Positions 1 to 5,118 of a stretch of DNA of 6,848 nucleotides are shown piece by piece. Source of the DNA: PVC group bacterium (GTDB lineage: Bacteria > GCA-001730085 > JADFSZ01); NCBI GenBank assembly GCA_022560555.1, contig JADFSZ010000094.1:1-6848 (forward strand). Reading direction: 5' to 3'. A program made the translations under genes and the position numbers. Each line of letters opens with the position of its first letter. The first letter of the stretch is position 1. The notes below the pieces were generated by a model. The model searched no databases. It saw only the letters and a list, made by a program, of their open reading frames with translations, and was not told the DNA's origin.

Positions 1-5
1 GAAAT

Positions 6-1289
6 GTGAGCAAGGAGGACTTGCAACAGTTGGCTGAATCGTTAAATAAGAGCCTTGATGAATTGACGGCTGAAGATATTGCTTTGTTTTTAGGCGTTGA
101 AAATTTGTCCCCCGAGCAATTGGAAGCTTTTTTAGCTCATATGGGGGAGGATTACGAGGACTTAGGCCCACCGAGCGAAGCTTTACAAGAGTTGATGGGC
201 ATGGAGGAAACGATTATCGATCAACTCTCTGATTTGAGCGTTGAAGATCTTTTGACTTTGGACAGTCTCTTAGACGCGGAAATTAATGAATTATTAGGGA
301 CAGATTTATCAGCTGAAGCTATTGATATTATACTGGATACAATTGACGAGAGGACTCAAAACGCTTTGGAGGATTACCTTGATCTTCAAGCCATTCGGGA
401 TGACTTGGCGATGTTGCTTAGTGACATCTCTTTTAGTGATTTTGAAGCGGAATTGGCCATGCGAGAAGATTTTATGACGGGAAAAACATTGAGAGATCGC
501 TTTGGACGATTTGTGCGTAGTGAACAGTATGTTCTCAATAATTCTGATATTAATCAAATACAGATTGTTTCCGTGACGGCTCGTTTGGGTAGTTCTGGAA
601 AAGATGCGGGTGTTACAGCAACGTCTGTGAAGTTTAATTTTGATGATTTATCCGGAGTGTCCAATATTCGCACCGGTCTTCCGTGGAAAGATATATTGGG
701 CGTTGGACAACTAGGTCAGCGTATGCTAGTTACAAACGGTATTGAGTATTCAGATTTTGGGGATCCAGGGGCTGTGGCTCTATCGTCCGTCAAATTAGAA
801 ATGTTTAATCCTTTAGGAGATAATATCGCTATAAAGGACGTGTATCAGGGAGTAACAAATCCGGGAACTTTTGTTCAAGAAATTGATATGGGTAGCTCTT
901 CTCAAAAGGTGAATGGAGTACAAATTGATTCGCCGAGTAATCGGGAGTTTAAGGCGCAAAAGACGGCGGATCAAAACGGTTGGTTATGGTGGATGGGGTA
1001 CGATACCGGCGGTGGCGGATTTTCACCTTTAGATTCTGGTGATAAATACATTCAATTCCAGTTTTATTGGATTAATGATCAAGGAGATATTCAGGATGTC
1101 CAAACTGTTTTTGATGGTATTAACCCGGCCATTATGTCCGGAGATGGACCGATTCAAAATATTCAGGATATTTTGAATCCGGAATCAGGATTCAATCTGC
1201 AATTCCGTGTTACCAGTACGGAATTTCCGAACAATGAACACATTGATGCTGTTTTTGATCCGGCGCTCATAACACCCTATGTTAAATAA
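6..1289 (+). CDS. Hypothetical protein with a hyperacidic helical-repeat N-terminal region and an unassigned beta-type C-terminal domain; the 5' end may be truncated by the window
   Basis: The 427-codon ORF ends at TAA 1287-1289. The listed start is GTG at 6, but the frame has no stop back to nt 3, so the gene may continue upstream. An in-frame TTG at 30 lies 11 nt after a perfect AAGGAGG (12-18) and is an alternative start. In aa 1-157 I hand-count about 43 Asp/Glu against 5 Lys/Arg. From about aa 185 the sequence is rich in Gly/Gln/Asn/Ser/Trp (for example GWLWWMGYDTGGGGFSPLD). No signal peptide, TM segment or catalytic motif is recognisable. Confidence 0.75.
   Translation: MSKEDLQQLAESLNKSLDELTAEDIALFLGVENLSPEQLEAFLAHMGEDYEDLGPPSEALQELMGMEETIIDQLSDLSVEDLLTLDSLLDAEINELLGTDLSAEAIDIILDTIDERTQNALEDYLDLQAIRDDLAMLLSDISFSDFEAELAMREDFMTGKTLRDRFGRFVRSEQYVLNNSDINQIQIVSVTARLGSSGKDAGVTATSVKFNFDDLSGVSNIRTGLPWKDILGVGQLGQRMLVTNGIEYSDFGDPGAVALSSVKLEMFNPLGDNIAIKDVYQGVTNPGTFVQEIDMGSSSQKVNGVQIDSPSNREFKAQKTADQNGWLWWMGYDTGGGGFSPLDSGDKYIQFQFYWINDQGDIQDVQTVFDGINPAIMSGDGPIQNIQDILNPESGFNLQFRVTSTEFPNNEHIDAVFDPALITPYVK
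9..476 (+). repeat. Degenerate tandem peptide repeats (protein level) inside ORF1, motif L-[ST]-x-E-[DQA]-[LI]-x-x-[LFI]-L
   Basis: The copies read from the translation are SKEDLQQLAESL (aa 2-13), LTAEDIALFL (nt 63-92), LSPEQLEAFL (nt 105-134), PSEALQELMG, LSVEDLLTLDSLL (nt 234-272), LSAEAIDIILDTI (nt 306-344) and ISFSDFEAELAM. The similarity is at the amino-acid level only, and I see no strong DNA-level repeat. Confidence 0.6.
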
Positions 1290-1341
1290 TATATGTTGTT
1301 TACGTTGACACCAAAGCTTACTTCAAACCGAGTGACCGTGT

Positions 1342-1369
1342 TTTACTCTCCTTTTTGATTGGGTATAAT
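1342..1369 (+). promoter_or_regulatory. Candidate sigma70-type promoter for the kinase operon (TTTACT, 16-bp spacer, TATAAT)
   Basis: A consensus -10 hexamer TATAAT sits at 1364-1369. TTTACT at 1342-1347 matches TTGACA at 4 of 6 positions with a 16-bp spacer. It lies in the only sizeable intergenic gap (1290-1404), about 36 nt upstream of ATG 1405. This is motif matching by eye, so the transcription start is unknown. Confidence 0.35.
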
Positions 1370-1373
1370 ACCC
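1361..1373. promoter_or_regulatory. Perfect 6-1-6 inverted repeat GGGTAT-A-ATACCC overlapping the -10 box; possible operator
   Basis: The sequence gggtataataccc equals its own reverse complement except for the unpaired central base. It fully encloses TATAAT 1364-1369. The sequence observation is certain; a regulatory role is inferred. Confidence 0.3.
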
Positions 1374-1404
1374 TTCAATCCGCAATTCATGATATATATA
1401 GAAT

Positions 1405-2835
1405 ATGAATGACATTGTTGACTTTCTAAAAACAGTCCCCGCCTTCAAAGATCTAAACGAGATCAGTTTATCTCTTATCAATCTCAGGCTTGAAAGCGTT
1501 TCTTATAAAAAAAATGATTATATTATTCGATGCGGAGATGAAGCCGATGCTCTTTATTTGATGGATGACGGCTCTGCCGGTGTCCGGATCACCGTTGAGG
1601 GAAAAACAAAAGAAGTTTCGGTTTTAGAAAAGGGGGAAGTTTTCGGAGAAATGGCTCTATTGACAAATGAGCCGCGGTTTGCCGATGTCGTTGCGACAAC
1701 GGACGTTCACCTCTACCGTCTCACCAAAAAAGATTTTATAGATATTTGCACTAAATTTCCAAGCATTTCCAATTTCTTAACCCATCTTTTGGCTGATCGT
1801 CTCGGAGCTAAATCGGATGTCATGCTGAATAAAACTATCGGCAAATATCAAATCCTTCAGAAAATCGGTCAAGGAGGTATGGGGGTCATATTTAAAGGAG
1901 TTCATAAAGAGCTTAATCGCTTTGTGGCCATGAAAATGCTTCCGCATCCGTTTGTTTTTGATAAAGGTTATCTGAAAGGATTTAAAAGAGAAGCACTCAT
2001 AATATCAAAACTGAACCACCCTCATATCGTCCAAGTGTATGACACGGATTATGCCTACAACACGTATTTTATTATGATGGAATTGATCGAAGGGAATTCC
2101 CTTCGTGAAGTTTTAAGAGATCAAAGACGCATGAGTCCGATTATGACCGAAAAAATTGCCAGACAGCTCTGTGAAGCCCTTATTTATGCCCATCAAGCAG
2201 GTATCGTTCATCGGGATATTAAGCCGGAAAATATTATGATTGATGCTAAAGGACATATCAAATTGATGGATTTCGGGATTGCCCGCTCCTCTTACACGGC
2301 TGATACCAAAGATTGTATGGGCACCCCTGAATATATGTGTCCGGAAATTATCCGCGGAATCAATTCAGGACCAAAGGGGGATTATTATTCCTTGGGGGTT
2401 ACCTTGTATGAATTGCTAACCGGCCGTCCGCCGTATCAAGGAGACAATGTGATCTCTTTGACTATTCAGCAGCTAACGGAAGATCTTAAGGCTCCCGCGG
2501 ACATTGTTGCTGATGTTCCGATGCAATTGAATAACTTTATCATGAAGTGCCTTAAAACGGAGCCGAAAGAACGTTTGGATCGACTGGAAGATTTTCTTGA
2601 TGATGTGCCCATTCTTATGCAGGATGTGAAAAAAAATGATGATAAAGATTTGACACTGATGGATACAGTTTCCATTGATCAAGAATTAATGAAACCGGAT
2701 CTGAGTCCGGACGAAAAAGCGAAGCTTAAAGAGCATTGTCACAAAGTGATACTAAAAAGACTGACTCCCTTGGAAAGTCTTCCGCCGTTCCGGGATACTA
2801 TCAAAAAAATCCGAAAACTTTTGAAGGATATCTAG
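1405..2835 (+). CDS. Cyclic-nucleotide-binding domain fused to a Hanks-type (eukaryotic-like) Ser/Thr protein kinase
   Basis: The ORF is 476 aa, from ATG 1405 to TAG 2833-2835. The N-terminal part has CAP/PKA-type cNMP-binding hallmarks: IIRCGDEADALYLMDDG and the phosphate-binding cassette FGEMALLTNEPRFADVVA (1642-1695). The kinase motifs are all present. They are the G-loop GQGGMG (1867-1884), VAMK lysine (1933-1935), alpha-C Glu in FKREAL, HRDIKPEN (HRD 2209-2217), DFG (2269-2277), GTPEYMCPE and DYYSLG. No TM segment is visible. Confidence 0.93.
   Translation: MNDIVDFLKTVPAFKDLNEISLSLINLRLESVSYKKNDYIIRCGDEADALYLMDDGSAGVRITVEGKTKEVSVLEKGEVFGEMALLTNEPRFADVVATTDVHLYRLTKKDFIDICTKFPSISNFLTHLLADRLGAKSDVMLNKTIGKYQILQKIGQGGMGVIFKGVHKELNRFVAMKMLPHPFVFDKGYLKGFKREALIISKLNHPHIVQVYDTDYAYNTYFIMMELIEGNSLREVLRDQRRMSPIMTEKIARQLCEALIYAHQAGIVHRDIKPENIMIDAKGHIKLMDFGIARSSYTADTKDCMGTPEYMCPEIIRGINSGPKGDYYSLGVTLYELLTGRPPYQGDNVISLTIQQLTEDLKAPADIVADVPMQLNNFIMKCLKTEPKERLDRLEDFLDDVPILMQDVKKNDDKDLTLMDTVSIDQELMKPDLSPDEKAKLKEHCHKVILKRLTPLESLPPFRDTIKKIRKLLKDI
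1417..1800 (+). other. cNMP-binding (CAP/PKA-R-like beta-barrel) domain of the kinase, about aa 5-132
   Basis: The domain begins only 4 residues from the N-terminus. The conserved Gly/Glu/Arg of the phosphate-binding cassette are present. A C-helix-like segment (DFIDICTKFPSISNFLTHLLADRL) precedes a linker of about 15 aa into the kinase domain. Confidence 0.85.
1846..2598 (+). other. Protein kinase catalytic domain, about aa 148-398
   Basis: It runs from YQILQKIGQGGMG to KERLDRLEDFL. The catalytic residues appear intact, so it is predicted active rather than a pseudokinase. The activation segment DFGIARSSYTADTKDCMGTPE carries several Ser/Thr/Tyr residues. Confidence 0.9.
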
Positions 2836-2840
2836 TCCCC

Positions 2841-4352
2841 ATGTCTCTTCGGGCTCTTAACTTTCCTTTATCCGTCCCCAGAAATGTCGTGACCGTCATC
2901 ATCGGGTGTGTCTGGATTTTGATGATGGGGCATCTTGTCAAAACTGAGATTCATATTCAAAAAGACCGAACAGATAAAACATTTGTGACTAGTCCCATTA
3001 TCAGACCCTTTAATCAATGGATGGAGATATTTTATAAGGGGGAAAAATTGGGATATTCTCACACGGACTTGACGCAAATGGATAGAGAGGGAGAAACGAT
3101 GTTTTCGTTGTCCCATCGGACCCAGTTAAAAATGAAAGTTCTGGATGTGACCCAAAACATTAAGATGAGCGGATTTAGTTTTTTTGATGCGGAAGCCAGG
3201 CTGAAGAATTTTACTTTTTATGTTGATACCAAAAGCTACAAAATGGTTCTGAAGGGCGAGATGCATGACCAAGTATTGTCCGTTCATTTAAAAACAGGAC
3301 AATCAGAGCAGTCATTCGATCTGAATGTGCCGGAAAATATTATATTTTCGGAAGATATGAACTTTTTAATGACTCAGAAAAAATTTCGTCCCGGAGATCA
3401 CGGGCAATTCATTGTTTTTGATCCCATGGCGATGGGTCAATATGCATTGACCTATGACGTGTTAGAAAAAAAAGATGGTTTATTAAAGATCGAGTTTAAC
3501 TATCGCGGACTTTTAAGCTATGTGTGGCTCAATGAGCACCGGGAAATCGTTAAAGAAATCAATCCATTAGGCTGGGTCATGATTCGCTCTACACGTGAGG
3601 ATGCCTTAACAGACATGCCGGGAAATCTGGATTTAACGAATGCAACATCCATTCCTGTTACAAAAGAAATCCCCAATCCCCAAAACATTAAAAAACTTAC
3701 TCTCGGGATACAAGGAATCGACGCGGGGGTGTTACGGGATTTCCCTCCTAAAGAAATACAAAATATTGATGTCATTCAAAAACCTTCCGGAATTGAAATT
3801 ATTATTACCAAACCGGGCGAAAATGACCTTGAGATATTGAGAGAAATCGAAGAGCCTGACGAAGAAGCCATGAGCGTATATCTTAAAGGCGAAATACTGA
3901 TCCAAACCCAACACCCTTTGATCGTCTCAACCGCGCATGAGATTGTTGACACTGATTTAGATCTCTGGGGCGCGGCAAAAAAGATTAATGAATGGGTCTT
4001 TGACACACTCGAGAAAAAACCCGTCATATCCATTCCATCCGCGCTTGATGTGCTGAAATCGGGGTATGGAGATTGCAATGAACATACGGTCCTCTTTACC
4101 GCTCTCGCGCGCGCGAAAGGGATCCCGGTCATTCCGATCGTCGGACTTGTATTTTTGGATAATAAATTTTATTATCATGCTTGGCCGGCGGTCTATGTCG
4201 GTGAATGGATACAGATGGATCCGACCTTCGGACAAAATATTGCGGACACAACGCATATACCATTTTTTGCCGGGTCTCTTGAAGAGCAGGCGCGCATTGC
4301 GAGCCTTGTGGGCCGGATTCAAATTGAAGTAATAGACATTGTGAATGAGTGA
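2841..4352 (+). CDS. Membrane-anchored transglutaminase-like (Cys-His-Asp) superfamily protein
   Basis: The ORF track starts at 2736, which is a TTG overlapping the kinase by 100 nt. The first in-frame ATG is 2841, 5 nt after the kinase stop, with AAGGA at 2824-2828. This gives 503 aa. A single N-terminal hydrophobic helix VVTVIIGCVWILMMGHLV is encoded at 2886-2939. The C-terminal core reads GYGDCNEHTVLFTALARAKGIPV...YYHAWPAVY...QMDPTFG, with Cys codon 4074-4076, His 4176-4178 and Asp 4218-4220. Confidence 0.88.
   Translation: MSLRALNFPLSVPRNVVTVIIGCVWILMMGHLVKTEIHIQKDRTDKTFVTSPIIRPFNQWMEIFYKGEKLGYSHTDLTQMDREGETMFSLSHRTQLKMKVLDVTQNIKMSGFSFFDAEARLKNFTFYVDTKSYKMVLKGEMHDQVLSVHLKTGQSEQSFDLNVPENIIFSEDMNFLMTQKKFRPGDHGQFIVFDPMAMGQYALTYDVLEKKDGLLKIEFNYRGLLSYVWLNEHREIVKEINPLGWVMIRSTREDALTDMPGNLDLTNATSIPVTKEIPNPQNIKKLTLGIQGIDAGVLRDFPPKEIQNIDVIQKPSGIEIIITKPGENDLEILREIEEPDEEAMSVYLKGEILIQTQHPLIVSTAHEIVDTDLDLWGAAKKINEWVFDTLEKKPVISIPSALDVLKSGYGDCNEHTVLFTALARAKGIPVIPIVGLVFLDNKFYYHAWPAVYVGEWIQMDPTFGQNIADTTHIPFFAGSLEEQARIASLVGRIQIEVIDIVNE
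4044..4232 (+). other. Transglutaminase-core-like catalytic region
   Basis: The order and spacing of the G-x-C-x-x-H / HAW / DPT pattern is typical of the transglutaminase-like cysteine protease/transglutaminase fold. It sits at the extreme C-terminus of the protein. Confidence 0.85.
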
Positions 4353-5100
4353 GGCTCAGATGAAAAAACATATGATTGAAATCAGTAACATGACAAAATC
4401 TTTTGGTGAAAATACGGCTGTTGACAGACTAACTCTCAACGTGGCTCAAGGAGAATTTTTTTGTTTCCTGGGTCCTAACGGTGCCGGAAAAACGACAACG
4501 ATCAAAGTGTTAACAGGGTTATTATACCCGACCTCCGGGGAGGTCAAAATTGACGGCTTGGATATGAAAAAGGACCATGTGTCCGTTAAAAAGATCATGA
4601 GCTATATCCCGGATTTTCCGTATATTTTTGAAAAGTTAACGGGCCGTGAATTTTTAGAGTTTGTAGCACGTATGTATGATGTCCCTCCTGAATTATCCGA
4701 AGAGAGGATTCAGGAGTACTTGAAAATGTTTTCGTTGACAGACAGGGCCGATCATTTAATGGAAGACTATTCTCATGGCATGCGTCAAAAGATTGTTATC
4801 AGCGCGGCCATGATTCATGATCCCAAACTGATCATTGTCGATGAGCCCATGGTCGGGCTTGATCCCAAGGGGATCCGTCAAGTGAAAGACTTATTTAAAC
4901 AAAAGACCAAAGAAGGCGGGTGCGTTTTTATGTCCACGCATATCCTGTCTATGGCCGAAGAGCTCGCGGATCGCATAGGCATTATTCATCAGGGCCGATT
5001 GGTTGCTTTGGGTACGAGGGATGAGATTCTTGCGCGCGCCGAACACAAAAAAGACTTTGAGGAGATCTTCATGGCTCTCTCTGATGAAACGGAATCATAA
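4345..5100 (+). CDS. ABC transporter ATP-binding protein (ABC-2 / DrrA-CcmA-like subfamily)
   Basis: Walker A GPNGAGKTT is at 4471-4497. The signature variant SHGMRQ is at 4771-4788 and Walker B LIIVDE at 4828-4845. A Q-loop-like YIPDFPY and an H-loop STH are also present. The start is ambiguous. ATG 4345 overlaps the upstream stop by 8 nt. ATG 4360 has GAGG (4351-4354) 5 nt upstream. ATG 4372 would give the typical MIEISNM N-terminus. The stop is TAA 5098-5100. Confidence 0.93.
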   Translation: MSEAQMKKHMIEISNMTKSFGENTAVDRLTLNVAQGEFFCFLGPNGAGKTTTIKVLTGLLYPTSGEVKIDGLDMKKDHVSVKKIMSYIPDFPYIFEKLTGREFLEFVARMYDVPPELSEERIQEYLKMFSLTDRADHLMEDYSHGMRQKIVISAAMIHDPKLIIVDEPMVGLDPKGIRQVKDLFKQKTKEGGCVFMSTHILSMAEELADRIGIIHQGRLVALGTRDEILARAEHKKDFEEIFMALSDETES

Positions 5101-5118
5101 ATCACTTTGGAATAAAAT

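Noticed and set aside
309-557. Minus-strand 82-aa ORF inside ORF1.
   Set aside because: It is fully embedded antisense to a longer, compositionally coherent ORF. Its translation is low-complexity and basic with no motif, which is typical of a shadow ORF.
1305-1310. A perfect -35 hexamer TTGACA in the intergenic region.
   Set aside because: With a 17-bp spacer, the sequence at the expected -10 position (1328-1333, CCGAGT) matches TATAAT at only 2 of 6 positions. It is too far (53 bp) from the TATAAT at 1364 to pair with it.
1330-1356. A possible intrinsic terminator for ORF1, with stem GAGTGA/TTACTC, a 7-nt loop and then TTTTT.
   Set aside because: The stem has only 6 pairs, including one G:U and just two G:C. 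The T-run is separated from it by 3 nt, and the element overlaps the candidate -35. It is too weak to call without free-energy calculation or 3'-end mapping.
1293-1358. A 21-codon mini-ORF (MLFTLTPKLTSNRVTVFYSPF) in the intergenic region, considered as a possible leader peptide or precursor.
   Set aside because: It has no SD, no recognisable leader/core architecture and no Cys/Ser/Thr-rich core, and it overlaps the promoter-like elements. An ORF of this size is expected by chance.
1405-2835. Pycsar/CBASS-style anti-phage effector (cNMP-sensing domain fused to an effector).
   Set aside because: No nucleotide cyclase or CD-NTase-like gene is in the window, and a kinase is not a known effector module of those systems. 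The idea is kept only as a ligand-specificity caveat, not as a call.
2736-2840. The ORF-track start of the transglutaminase-like gene at 2736, overlapping the kinase gene by 100 nt.
   Set aside because: Position 2736 is a TTG. The 35 extra residues (MSQSDTKKTDSLGKSS...) are hydrophilic out-of-frame readthrough of the kinase tail. The first ATG (2841) sits 5 nt after the kinase stop and is directly followed by the TM anchor.
1507-3473. A8 homopolymer tracts at 1507-1514, 2629-2636 and 3466-3473, considered as slipped-strand phase-variation switches. Two share the 12-mer AAAAAAAATGAT encoding KKND.
   Set aside because: Such runs arise readily from Lys AAA codons in an AT-leaning genome. They occur in three places in two genes with no sign of frameshifted continuation ORFs. 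Population-level length variation would be needed to claim a switch.
2466-4371. A series of minus-strand ORFs (2466-2675, 2473-2682, 2868-3116, 3518-3775, 3732-3914, 3776-4132, 3957-4322, 4129-4371) and plus-strand out-of-frame ORFs (3640-3840, 4066-4332).
   Set aside because: All are nested in or antisense to the kinase and transglutaminase-like genes, which carry clear family motifs. The translations are Arg/Ser/Phe-rich with no recognisable motifs and overlap one another, so they look like frame shadows.
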